Positions 48,070 through 57,675 of a DNA stretch of 64,000 bases are shown one piece after another (the first letter of the stretch is position 1; every line of letters begins with the position of its first letter). The DNA is from a virus (lineage: Duplodnaviria; Caudoviricetes). Location of the stretch: positions 192,001 to 256,000 of the IMG/VR virus record IMGVR_UViG_3300028591_000073, one strand, 5' to 3'. The translations under genes were made by a program, and so were the position numbers. The notes below the pieces were generated by a model that saw nothing but the letters and a program-made list of their open reading frames with translations, searched no databases and was not told the DNA's origin.

Positions 48070-48150
48070 TGAAATACCTCCTAAATTAACCCCCGACATT
48101 TTTGTAATCTATCGGCTGATATAGCCAAATTCAAATAAGGAGTTGTTATT

Positions 48151-49092
48151 ATGATTCAATTTGTACAAGAAGCTGCGTTACCTAAATTGTCGCAGTCTTC
48201 ATTATATGCGAAATATGATCAAACATCCAATATCACGCAAGCATTACGAGAAGAATTAGCAGGTGCTTCCGAGTTTGTGCAAACACCAGATGATTTAAAA
48301 GAACTTGTTGCTTTGATGAGATTGAATGGTGATGCAATTGTAAAAAAAGCAATTGATGCATGGGAACGTGGAGAAATCATTGTGATTTATAATCATGAGG
48401 AATCCAAAATTCCACCCGTACTTCCATACATTGTCATTGGTAAAGAAGGAAACCAAAAATGTTATATCTTTGCCAATCAAGTAGTGACACGTTTGAATTC
48501 CACGAACGAGTATATCAATTTAATGGCTACGTTGGAAGCAGGATATTTGGCATTACAGATTAACAAGAAACCAGATCAATTTATTTCTAATCGTAATGTC
48601 ATGTTGATTCTGGCTGATATTTTCCAATTCATGGTCCTTTGTCCATTGGAATTGAGAATGTATATGAAAGGTGAAAACTTAACAAAAGCCATGATGTATG
48701 CAATTGCATTCTTTTATAAGATTATTGATGGAGAAGCAATGTCTTATGAATCCATCAACTTCAAACGTTTGTTAAAAGATACTGTTAATCCAGATCTTGC
48801 CAGACAAGTTGTATCCGAAGTACAAGCTTTGGATGGTCCAAACTTTATGGAATTATTGGAATTGATCAAACGTATCAATCCCGTTAGATATGGGAATTTG
48901 GATGCGGTATATGTACAACACTTTGTGCAATGTTGTGGTGTTTATATCGTATTTGCATTGGAGAATCCGGCATATCTTTTCTTGTTAATATCATCTTCTT
49001 CATACAAAACAAAGCTGACCTCATTTAACATGAATAAATTGGTTGGTACAATTTCAAGGAAATGTATCACACAACTTGTATCCATGGTATAA
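48151..49092 (+). CDS. hypothetical protein, probably virion-associated
   Basis: 313 aa; leads the operon containing the tube-like and portal genes. Confidence 0.6.
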   Translation: MIQFVQEAALPKLSQSSLYAKYDQTSNITQALREELAGASEFVQTPDDLKELVALMRLNGDAIVKKAIDAWERGEIIVIYNHEESKIPPVLPYIVIGKEGNQKCYIFANQVVTRLNSTNEYINLMATLEAGYLALQINKKPDQFISNRNVMLILADIFQFMVLCPLELRMYMKGENLTKAMMYAIAFFYKIIDGEAMSYESINFKRLLKDTVNPDLARQVVSEVQALDGPNFMELLELIKRINPVRYGNLDAVYVQHFVQCCGVYIVFALENPAYLFLLISSSSYKTKLTSFNMNKLVGTISRKCITQLVSMV

Positions 49093-49122
49093 CATATTTC
49101 ATATTCGAAAGGAAGTGATAAT

Positions 49123-51435
49123 ATGTCAAAAATTATTGATGAATTTACACATTTGGCAGATGATGTGACTGGCGGTAAAATGTCAGATGCATTGGAAATT
49201 GCACATAGTGTTGGTGAAACTGCAGAGAGAGCCGTCGATCTTGCAAAAGATTCTTTCGTTGGACGATCTCTTAGTCTGTCTGTTGATACTGCCAGTAACG
49301 TTTTGGGAAAAGTTGCAAATAATGTCGTACAGTTAGCAGATACTGTCACTGGAGGATTGGCTGGAGATGTGATTGATACTGCGATAGATACAGCAAATGA
49401 CATTGTCACATATGTGTCCAATGCAGGTGAAATCATTGCAACAGCAGTGGATGAAAGTGTTGGTTCATTAATCCATTTGGCAGATGAAGCATATAATGAT
49501 CAATTTGGAGCACCCATTCAGGAGTGGGTTCCTGAATATACAAAAGCTGTATTTGATATCTATAATCCACGATTATTGACCATGGATAGACCTGAGGAAC
49601 CAGCACCAATCGCATACAATAATGTCACATTTTCACAATCTGACGTTAGTGTTGATTCTTCTAAATTGGATCCACATCTCTCTACATTTTCTGATGAAGC
49701 AGATTTCATGATTGAACAACAGAGTGTGGATACTCGTAATATCGTATCTTATTTGCAAGAAGGTCGTTTGCGAGAAACGGTACTGAGACCAACACCTGTT
49801 CCATCTGATTATGAATATAATAAGACATTGACTCCAAAAGATCATTATCTAACAAAACATGATCCAACAACAGGATTGGAAGTTCGTGGAGAACATGGTG
49901 AAGCATTACCGAATACACCAACAATTGGAATTAAAAATCCAACTGCATTTGAAAGAAATTATAAAACGAATGCAAAAACAAGAGAAGATCATCGGCATTA
50001 TGACCCGATGACGCCGGGTGATAATACACATGCGTCATTCGGTTATCAATCAACCAGTGGTCCCGTGAATGGTTATCGGCGTTTCCAAGGTTCTACCACA
50101 CCAGCTTATACGGAAGCGGAACCTTTACGAAAACAAATCCAAACAGTGGAAGATGGGTTGTATAAGTATGAGAAGTCTTTTAATGAAGACGGAACTGCTC
50201 GTTCATTATCTCCAATCGATCCATTTATTCGATTGGAACAACCATGGATTGCACAATACGCCAATGTGTTTTCTTATAATCGAACCAAAACACCAGTTGC
50301 AGATTTGGAATGGCGTAAAGGATTTCGACATATCTTTATTACACGTCCCGAGTGTTATATTCTAGCACGTGATGGTGCTTTGAGTGAGCAATGTAATAAT
50401 GATGAAGTCTTTTATACCTCATGGACTCGTATTCCACATATCTTGTATCTACTATCGCCGTCCTATGTCACTTGTGGAGACGCACACAAAGATTCTCCAC
50501 GTTACAAGGATAATTTCAATTATTTATTGTCCAATCGTATCATGGGTATGTCGGCATTAGGTACAGAAATTGATCAGATTCAATCTATGGTAAAAGCAAC
50601 GAACCAAGCAACTGTCACTCCTGGTGGTGCGGTTTCCAATGATTATGGTAATTCATTATCATTAAATTTCCGAGATACAAAGAATCTGGAAGTATATGAA
50701 TGCATGCGATTATGGATGCGATATATTCATAACATTTATCTTGGGAATTTTGCTTCATCTTATAATGATTATGCAACTAATAACACATATAATTTCACAT
50801 CTTATTCGGATGATAACGGATATATTATCGATTCTGGTAATGGTAAAATTCCAATATTGAAACAACGTCATTTGCATCCATATGATCGTGCATTGGATTA
50901 TTGTTGCACGATATTTGATATCGTCACAAATGAAACAGGTACAAAGATTCTGTATTGGTGTAAATACATTGGTTGCTATCCGGTAAGTGCACAGCCATCT
51001 TTGAATACACAGAACATGAATGAAGCAATTTCTGGTGAACAAACATGTGCTACCAGATTCTATTATCAAGGTAAAGAAGAATTGACAAACCGTGCATTGA
51101 TTGAATTTAACTTCAATGCTGGTGTTGTGGATGAAATGGGAAATCCGGGAAGTACCACGATTAAAGAATCTTTACCATGGTTATTACGTGAAAATTATGC
51201 AGTGTCATCAGGTGCACAACATCGCAGTACAGCATATATTGGAGCAGCTGGCATGTTTACTGGAAGACCTTATATTGTATTGGGTAAACAAGCTGACCAT
51301 GTTACCAAGAAAGCAGCAGTATATTCACCATATCTGAGATTTATGCAATTACAAGATATCGATGCTTCCAGAATGAATGCAGATATTACAAATGATACAA
51401 CAACAACTGGAAGATTAGTTGCAGTTTATAATTAA
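49123..51435 (+). CDS. virion structural protein with tail-tube-like C-terminal domain
   Basis: IFITRP...LSLNFRDT...MRLW..YI...YWCKYIGCYP pattern of gp19/gp54-like tube folds; repetitive amphipathic N-terminus. Confidence 0.5.
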   Translation: MSKIIDEFTHLADDVTGGKMSDALEIAHSVGETAERAVDLAKDSFVGRSLSLSVDTASNVLGKVANNVVQLADTVTGGLAGDVIDTAIDTANDIVTYVSNAGEIIATAVDESVGSLIHLADEAYNDQFGAPIQEWVPEYTKAVFDIYNPRLLTMDRPEEPAPIAYNNVTFSQSDVSVDSSKLDPHLSTFSDEADFMIEQQSVDTRNIVSYLQEGRLRETVLRPTPVPSDYEYNKTLTPKDHYLTKHDPTTGLEVRGEHGEALPNTPTIGIKNPTAFERNYKTNAKTREDHRHYDPMTPGDNTHASFGYQSTSGPVNGYRRFQGSTTPAYTEAEPLRKQIQTVEDGLYKYEKSFNEDGTARSLSPIDPFIRLEQPWIAQYANVFSYNRTKTPVADLEWRKGFRHIFITRPECYILARDGALSEQCNNDEVFYTSWTRIPHILYLLSPSYVTCGDAHKDSPRYKDNFNYLLSNRIMGMSALGTEIDQIQSMVKATNQATVTPGGAVSNDYGNSLSLNFRDTKNLEVYECMRLWMRYIHNIYLGNFASSYNDYATNNTYNFTSYSDDNGYIIDSGNGKIPILKQRHLHPYDRALDYCCTIFDIVTNETGTKILYWCKYIGCYPVSAQPSLNTQNMNEAISGEQTCATRFYYQGKEELTNRALIEFNFNAGVVDEMGNPGSTTIKESLPWLLRENYAVSSGAQHRSTAYIGAAGMFTGRPYIVLGKQADHVTKKAAVYSPYLRFMQLQDIDASRMNADITNDTTTTGRLVAVYN

Positions 51436-51443
51436 CGAAAGGA

Positions 51444-53834
51444 GTGATGAGAATGCCAGAAGTCAATCAAGATTTATTGATCGGATTGGTCAATGATGTA
51501 TTGGGTAAAGATGAAATCGAAGCTCGTAAAGATGAAATCGAAGATACCATTACTGGAATATTGAAATCTTATAATTTGTCAACAGATTTGTCATTTGTGG
51601 AAAAGATGGCAAAATTGAAGTTCCATACAAACAAGGGAGAAGAAGTTGATATTGAAGAACTTCCGTCAGAATTGAAAGATGCTGCATTCTTACCGGTAAA
51701 TACAATTGCGGATATTGCATTACGTCAAGATCTGGATATGATCATATCACAACTGCCAGAATGGTATAACGCCATTCAAGTTACCAGAGATGCAGTATGT
51801 GAAGCAGATACCGTTGATGGTAAATTATCACGTGTGATTCAATTTGATCGTGTGGCATTAAATGATCAACAGAAAGCTTCTAATATTGCAAAAATAGAAG
51901 AAGTAGAAGATCGAATGGAATTAAATCATATTATCAAAAATCATATTGTGTTTAACACATTGCTGTATGGGGAGTCCTATGTATACACAATTCCGTATGC
52001 AAAAGTATTCTCTGACTTATATCAATTCCGTTTAAATGATGAAAATAAACGTAAATCATCATCCGTATCTAACATGTTTGAAATATCATCTACCATGAAA
52101 GGATATGGATATGGAGAACAAACCATTGAGGTTTCTTTGAGTGATACCATCATCCAGGAATCCAACAAGTATAAAAATAAGAACAATACTGTCTTCACAG
52201 AACAAGAAATCATGGATATCAATCCTATGTATCATGGTCATACATTTCATGAAGATGGAACAGAGGATAAGAAATCACAAAAGGAATATGATGAACAATA
52301 TGAAGCACAATTAAAAGAAATTGCAGATAATATTTCTTATATTGAACAAGATATTGCATTACCTGTGATTGAACAATCTGCTCATGATTTAAAAGCGGTG
52401 TATGAAGCAAAATATCGTGAAACAAAGAATGACACCGATGTGAAAGCATTCTTTGAAGAAGTGGTAGAAGATGGGATGAAATCAGAACCAACCACATTTG
52501 ACAAACATTTTTCCCGTATCAAAGGATGTTACATTCGTATCTTACCAGCAACGAAATTGATTCCAATTCGTATTGATAGAACTGTGATCGGATATTACTA
52601 TGTGTCTGACCAGACTCGTACGGAAAAGAGTGGTGAAAGACGTAATTCTGGATTGAGTGGTTATACATTAAGAACACCATCGATTGGCTATGATACATTC
52701 TCTCCGGACCAGATGTTCTGTGAGAAATTGGCAACTAAAATCATCAATAACTTTGATTTGAAATTCATGCGTGATAATACGGCATTACATGAACAAATCG
52801 TTGCGATTCTGCAATCTCACAAATTTAATGAAGCGATGTTACGTTTCATTTATATTCCAGCAGAACATGTTTCACAGTTTACCATTAACAAAGATGGTAT
52901 GGGATGTGGACATTCCATGATGGAACCTGGATTGATTGCGGCAAGAATGTACATGTTCTTGAAACTGTACACTGTGCTGTATCAGATTAACAATTCACAG
53001 ATTCGTGTTTATAATTTGAGAATGAGTGGTATCGATAAGAATTATCGTCAATTAGTACAAGAAACCATTCGTAAGTTTGCCGCTCGTAGAATCACAGCCA
53101 ATGATATTTTCAATTATCGTTCTTCCATGACAAAGGTAAGTGGTGGTTCAGAATTGATTATGCCAATGGGTGCATCGGGTGAAGCACCAATCCAAGTATC
53201 ATCTATCGATGCTGCAGACTCACCCATTTCATCCGACTTAATGGAACAATTGAAAGCAGAAGCTATTAACTCCACTCCAGTACCAGCTTTGTTATTGACA
53301 AATGGTGCTGTATCGGAGATTGAATTTGCAAAGGAAACAGAATTGGCAAATACCAAATTCAATTCTTTTGTCTCAGGTGTTAAGATTGAATTGAATCATG
53401 ATACTACAAAATTCTATCGTAAGATACTGAAATGGGAAACTGATATTGAACCAGAGTTATTAAAAGATATGACATTCTCCTTCCATATGTCAACATCCAA
53501 AACATTGAATGTGACATCGGAAAAGATTTCCACATTTGATGCTGTATGGCAACTTGTCATGAAAACCTTTTTAACAAAGGAAGAAAGACAAGAAGGAGAT
53601 GGAGAAGAAGGAGACACACCAGTTGCACGTGCTTTAAAGAAGAAAATGATTCAAAAGTATCTTCCAGAAATTGATGTGGAAGACTTTGAGAATATGGCAA
53701 AAGAAGCACGTGATGAAGCAAACCAGAATAAATTAAACGAAGTGGATCCAAATAAGAATCTCTTGGATAGTTCTGTTCCCGATGCAGGAGATGCCGGCGG
53801 TGGAGTAGATGATATGAATGGAGGTATGTTCTAA
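51444..53834 (+). CDS. portal protein (jumbo-phage type)
   Basis: 796 aa; TLLYGESYV, LIPIRI...IGYYY, INSTPVP...EFAK segments; acidic Gly-rich tail. Confidence 0.7.
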   Translation: MMRMPEVNQDLLIGLVNDVLGKDEIEARKDEIEDTITGILKSYNLSTDLSFVEKMAKLKFHTNKGEEVDIEELPSELKDAAFLPVNTIADIALRQDLDMIISQLPEWYNAIQVTRDAVCEADTVDGKLSRVIQFDRVALNDQQKASNIAKIEEVEDRMELNHIIKNHIVFNTLLYGESYVYTIPYAKVFSDLYQFRLNDENKRKSSSVSNMFEISSTMKGYGYGEQTIEVSLSDTIIQESNKYKNKNNTVFTEQEIMDINPMYHGHTFHEDGTEDKKSQKEYDEQYEAQLKEIADNISYIEQDIALPVIEQSAHDLKAVYEAKYRETKNDTDVKAFFEEVVEDGMKSEPTTFDKHFSRIKGCYIRILPATKLIPIRIDRTVIGYYYVSDQTRTEKSGERRNSGLSGYTLRTPSIGYDTFSPDQMFCEKLATKIINNFDLKFMRDNTALHEQIVAILQSHKFNEAMLRFIYIPAEHVSQFTINKDGMGCGHSMMEPGLIAARMYMFLKLYTVLYQINNSQIRVYNLRMSGIDKNYRQLVQETIRKFAARRITANDIFNYRSSMTKVSGGSELIMPMGASGEAPIQVSSIDAADSPISSDLMEQLKAEAINSTPVPALLLTNGAVSEIEFAKETELANTKFNSFVSGVKIELNHDTTKFYRKILKWETDIEPELLKDMTFSFHMSTSKTLNVTSEKISTFDAVWQLVMKTFLTKEERQEGDGEEGDTPVARALKKKMIQKYLPEIDVEDFENMAKEARDEANQNKLNEVDPNKNLLDSSVPDAGDAGGGVDDMNGGMF

Positions 53835-55585
53835 TGGCTAAGGATAACATGATTGTTGAAAAGACAGCAACTGGAGCAATTATCCATCAACCCACTCTGG
53901 AAGTGAAACGTAAAGCATTACAATACTTCTCCCTTCCAGATCCACAACGTGAATATTTCATTTATTCTGGATCAGACATCAATCGTCGACCAATCTTTGG
54001 AAATGAACATGATGTATTATATATTTCATCTGGATTCTTAAAAATCAAAGATCCGGTAATTGATAAATTAAGATTACAAGCGACCAGAGTGGCATCACGT
54101 GATGGTGCTCCTATTCAAATTACAATGAATCGAAAACCTCGTTCTCAATTACAAGTTGACTGTATCCAAATGATGGTAGAAACCGGATATTCCAAAATGA
54201 CATGTGAAGTGAAGCCCGGTGTTGGCTTTCTGGCACCCGTATCGAGTAATCGGTATGTTAAATTACCCTTTGAATTGCTGGGACGCTCTAATGCTCATTG
54301 TACTACAACATGATTCCGAACAGGAATGAGTGTGAATGTGACGAAAGTAAAAAGAAACAATGAGATGGTGTATGGTTAAATCCTAAACATTATTAAGAAT
54401 GAGCAATCAGCAGCGAAGCTCCGAATAGGAGAACGTTCAACGACTATCTCGAAAGAGAGTAGGGAAACCGAAGCGGAGGGCATCCTATGTGAGGATGATG
54501 ATATAGTCTGAAGCGGAAAGACATTCATGGCATTATCCGTTATCAGTCAGCTTGGAAAGAAACCATTGATTATTGCTCCCACGGCATTATTGAAGAATCA
54601 ATGGATTGAGAATTTTACAGATTTGGGTGTTGATGTAAATGATATTGCAACACGTATTTATGATGGACCGAACAAGAAAGTATGTGTTGTCACCATATCA
54701 GCAATTGAAAATGAATTACGTAAAGATTGGCAAGGTCTCATGAATGTATTGAAACAAGCGAACTATGGTATTCGTATTACAGACGAAGCACATCTACATT
54801 TGAAGGGTGTGTTGAAATTTGATGCTATTGCCAATATCAAACGTAATTATTATCTGTCCGCAACACTTGGTAGATCAGATGAACAAGAGGATGATGTTCT
54901 CAATCGAGCATTATTAGATGCAGATCGATTCGTCGGTGATAAACGATATGAGGAATATCAAGATGAATACATCAATGTGTATCTTCAAGATATTTACTAC
55001 AATGCTTCTCGTGAAATATGTGAGGAACATTTTCGATATGGGAAAAAGGGACTAATCAGTGCAACATATTATCGTATGTTAATGGATTATCAACATGGCA
55101 TTCCCTTTTATCGGAATGCATGTCATATGGTGAAAGTTGCAGAGAAATTGAAAGTACAGGGTAAAGTATTATTGTTATTACCATTACTCGATGCAATTGA
55201 TCGTATTAAAGAAGAAATGATGAAAGATCCATACTTCCGTCAATTTAAGATTGCATCTGTCGATGGTAGTATGAAATTATCCGAAAGACAACAAGCGTTT
55301 GATCAAGATATCATCTTAGCAACAACAATGAGTTGTGGCACGGGTGTGGATATTTCTAACTTAGGAGCGGTTGTTAACTTTGATCAAAAGTCTTCTTTGA
55401 TTATCTTAGAGCAGATAGTTGGTCGTTTGCGTAATCGTGGATTCCAAACATTCTATATTGATATTTGTGATCATGTAAAATATGCAAGGGCATTTGAAAA
55501 CTGGGGAATGAAGCGTCGACAATACATGCCTTACTTTCCTGGCACCTCTCCGAAGATGCACATGCTACCAAAGATTATGTGTTAA
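53834..55585 (+). CDS. SF2 (UvsW-like) DEAH helicase; exons 53834-54222 and 54514-55585 (486 aa spliced)
   Basis: Splicing restores Walker A KPGVGKT; IIAPT, DEAH, LSAT, GTGVDI and QIVGRLR motifs. Confidence 0.85.
54223..54513 (+). ncRNA. group I self-splicing intron (IA-like, ORF-less, 291 nt)
   Basis: P AATTGCTGGGA, Q AATCAGCAG, R GTTCAACGACTA, S GATATAGTC; P1 GGTGT/GCACC with U-G at the 5' splice site; P10 CTTTCTG/CGGAAAG; terminal G54513. Confidence 0.9.
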
Positions 55586-55590
55586 TGAAT

Positions 55591-55610
55591 GAGGGCCCAT
55601 ATGGGCCCTC
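55591..55610. terminator. CATATG-centred palindrome terminator
   Basis: GAGGGCCCATATGGGCCCTC + T-rich tail. Confidence 0.7.
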
Positions 55611-55627
55611 TTCTATTATTTCAACTT

Positions 55628-55653
55628 TCTATCTATATATAATTAATATGATA
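55628..55653 (+). promoter_or_regulatory. putative early promoter motif, copy 7
   Basis: TCTATCTATATATAATTAATATGATA with upstream TTCTATTATT. Confidence 0.7.
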
Positions 55654-55723
55654 TCAGAAATAAATCTGATTATTGGTAAGCTCACACCAAGTTGAGCATT
55701 ATATTCTTGAAAGGAGAATATGT

Positions 55724-56290
55724 ATGTGTATGAATTTTGTAAAAATATATCAATTAAATGATTATCTCAATTATCAAATTTCGGGATATAAAATCCATAC
55801 ATCAGTTGGCACGCCGACTGTCAAGAACGGTTACACCGAAAAGGTTGTAACCACAACGCGTGTAGTTGAACACTGCACGTGTGAGAAATGCCCAAAACGG
55901 GCAACAGACCCCCTCACAGGTGAAACATACTGTTCCCATGATACCAACGCAGGTTGGGACGAATGGGAAGAAACCTTTGTTCGTAGTGAAGACTACGAAC
56001 ACTTCTGTCCCAACGGCAATTACGCCGAATGGGAGGAAGAAGAAACATACGAAAAAATTGAGAGTGTCATTAATGACACAATCAATAAAAATTCAGTTGC
56101 AACATTTTCCATACATTATGGAAATTGTAGCAGAAATGAATTTTTGATTCACATCAAATCTCAATTTGACGTGAATGGAGATGAAATATTCTCCGTAGAG
56201 AAGAACAGAAAAGAAATATTTACATCATCCTCTGATGAAGAAATCGTGGCATTTGTCACAAAGCTCATCAAAGATGATTGCAGAATCTAA
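55724..56290 (+). CDS. hypothetical Cys-containing protein
   Basis: RBS AAAGGAG; CTCEKCP...C...CP possible metal site. Confidence 0.7.
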   Translation: MCMNFVKIYQLNDYLNYQISGYKIHTSVGTPTVKNGYTEKVVTTTRVVEHCTCEKCPKRATDPLTGETYCSHDTNAGWDEWEETFVRSEDYEHFCPNGNYAEWEEEETYEKIESVINDTINKNSVATFSIHYGNCSRNEFLIHIKSQFDVNGDEIFSVEKNRKEIFTSSSDEEIVAFVTKLIKDDCRI

Positions 56291-56297
56291 AAGAAAC

Positions 56298-56332
56298 AAC
56301 ACACCCCGAATGGAAGGGTGTGTTTTTCTTGT
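56298..56332 (+). terminator. intrinsic terminator related to 19768/39720
   Basis: AACACACCC-CGAATGGAA-GGGTGTGTT + TTTCTTGT. Confidence 0.75.
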
Positions 56333-56350
56333 ATTTTTGATGTAAATTTT

Positions 56351-56410
56351 TTATGCTACTGAGATACTAGTGTGTAATCTATTCAAACTGGCTTTCACTT
56401 TCTTTGCCAT
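56351..56410 (-). CDS. putative 19-aa peptide MAKKVKASLNRLHTSISVA
   Basis: AGGAGG 11 nt upstream of ATG 56410; TAA at 56351. Confidence 0.35.
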   Translation of the reverse strand: MAKKVKASLNRLHTSISVA

Positions 56411-56544
56411 AAGAGATGAGTCCTCCTGACTAAATATATTGAGTACCACGCGGGCATTGGTACTCTCGCTTTTTTGGATAGATATGGAACATTACAATTG
56501 TGGGGCCATATGGCCCCACATTATATTTTCTATTATTTTATTTT

Positions 56545-56570
56545 TTCATATAGATATCATTAATATGATA
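56545..56570 (+). promoter_or_regulatory. putative early promoter motif, copy 8
   Basis: TTCATATAGATATCATTAATATGATA, identical to copy 4. Confidence 0.7.
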
Positions 56571-56627
56571 TAGAGAAATCTATATTATGCATCCGGCAAG
56601 ATGTCATCAGTAATCTTTTGAAAGGAG

Positions 56628-56906
56628 GTGAATGGTATGACACAAGACTGGAATTGTCATCTCACCGTCATCGATAACGATGACCTCAGTGACATTGAGG
56701 TTACCATCGTTGCTGATGGTGAGAATGTTGATTCCGTACTGAAAGCAGCTGCGAAAGCAGTTGCTGATGTATGGGATTGTGCAGATTGCGATATTGTGGG
56801 AACACATATCGTACTGCACACCGGTAACCTGTGTGGTGATGTTGAGTACAAACTCAACAGCATCACCCCCAGAACCGGTGGTCCTTGTGTGATTAAGTTC
56901 GCATAA
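56628..56906 (+). CDS. small acidic hypothetical protein
   Basis: RBS AAAGGAGGTG (true start may be ATG 56637). Confidence 0.7.
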   Translation: MNGMTQDWNCHLTVIDNDDLSDIEVTIVADGENVDSVLKAAAKAVADVWDCADCDIVGTHIVLHTGNLCGDVEYKLNSITPRTGGPCVIKFA

Positions 56907-56913
56907 GGACCGG

Positions 56914-56944
56914 ACAGCCTGAGCATGCTGTATAAAAACTGCTC
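56914..56944 (+). ncRNA. H-type pseudoknot motif, single copy
   Basis: ACAGC-CT-GAGCA-T-GCTGT-ATAAAAAC-TGCTC. Confidence 0.7.
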
Positions 56945-57028
56945 ATTTCTTTTATAAAAAATCTGACATATCATGTCATAAGAACCCAATAGGTCGATAT
57001 GTTCAGATTCTAAAAAGGAGGTAATCTT

Positions 57029-57562
57029 ATGACACATGAACAATATGAATTTATTCAAGGACTTCAACAGGATATTCTGAAACGGGTTGCTTATGCAAAC
57101 CCGGCATGCGTCCTCAGTCAGTCTGAACTTGCCATTCTGTATCACGGCGGCGAGTTCGATGAAATTCATCAAGCCGAAATCGGATTTTCCAATGATGATG
57201 AAACTGGAATAAAAACCATTATCATCAACAGATATGTGAATGACAAACTGGTTTTTCACCAGTTCATTGTCATTGAGAATCCAAATCCAGATGAGGAAAC
57301 ACCATATGGCGTCACAACAGTGAACACCGATTTCAACGGTGATGCTGACTGTGATATCATAGCTGTTCTGTACAGTCACATCCCAGGTATGTCCTGGCGA
57401 AGAGTGGAAGACAGAACTGTCACCTTGTGCGACAAACTGGACAATGTTATTCGTCAGGCGCAACAGCCCAGCTTCGAGGAGTTTATCCACAGAATCATTG
57501 ATGAGAGACTCGCGGAAGGTCCTGGGAATTGGGACGATGATGGCGAAGACAAGGATGCATAA
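57029..57562 (+). CDS. acidic hypothetical protein
   Basis: RBS AAGGAGG; 177 aa. Confidence 0.75.
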   Translation: MTHEQYEFIQGLQQDILKRVAYANPACVLSQSELAILYHGGEFDEIHQAEIGFSNDDETGIKTIIINRYVNDKLVFHQFIVIENPNPDEETPYGVTTVNTDFNGDADCDIIAVLYSHIPGMSWRRVEDRTVTLCDKLDNVIRQAQQPSFEEFIHRIIDERLAEGPGNWDDDGEDKDA

Positions 57563-57582
57563 TCTAATTCTGAGTCATCAAT

Positions 57583-57610
57583 ATGACCTGAGTAAGTCAT
57601 TAAACTGCTC
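57583..57610 (+). ncRNA. H-type pseudoknot motif, single copy
   Basis: ATGAC-CT-GAGTA-A-GTCAT-TAAAC-TGCTC. Confidence 0.7.
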
Positions 57611-57675
57611 ATCGTTATATAAGACCAGCTCATGTCTTAAGAAACCGAGCGTACATTCCAAAGGAGGAACTATTT

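Noticed and set aside
54223-54526. Pseudogene, frameshift or intein explanation for the split helicase; C-terminal FLAPVSS...CTTT of ORF 53834..54313
   Set aside because: The insert has in-frame stops and complete group I core elements; the apparent tail is read-through into intron sequence.
23475-57610. Hammerhead or HDV-like (theta) ribozymes for the CTGAGTA-containing motifs
   Set aside because: No CUGANGA plus GAAA three-way junction or nested double pseudoknot could be built; a simple H-type fold explains all pairings.
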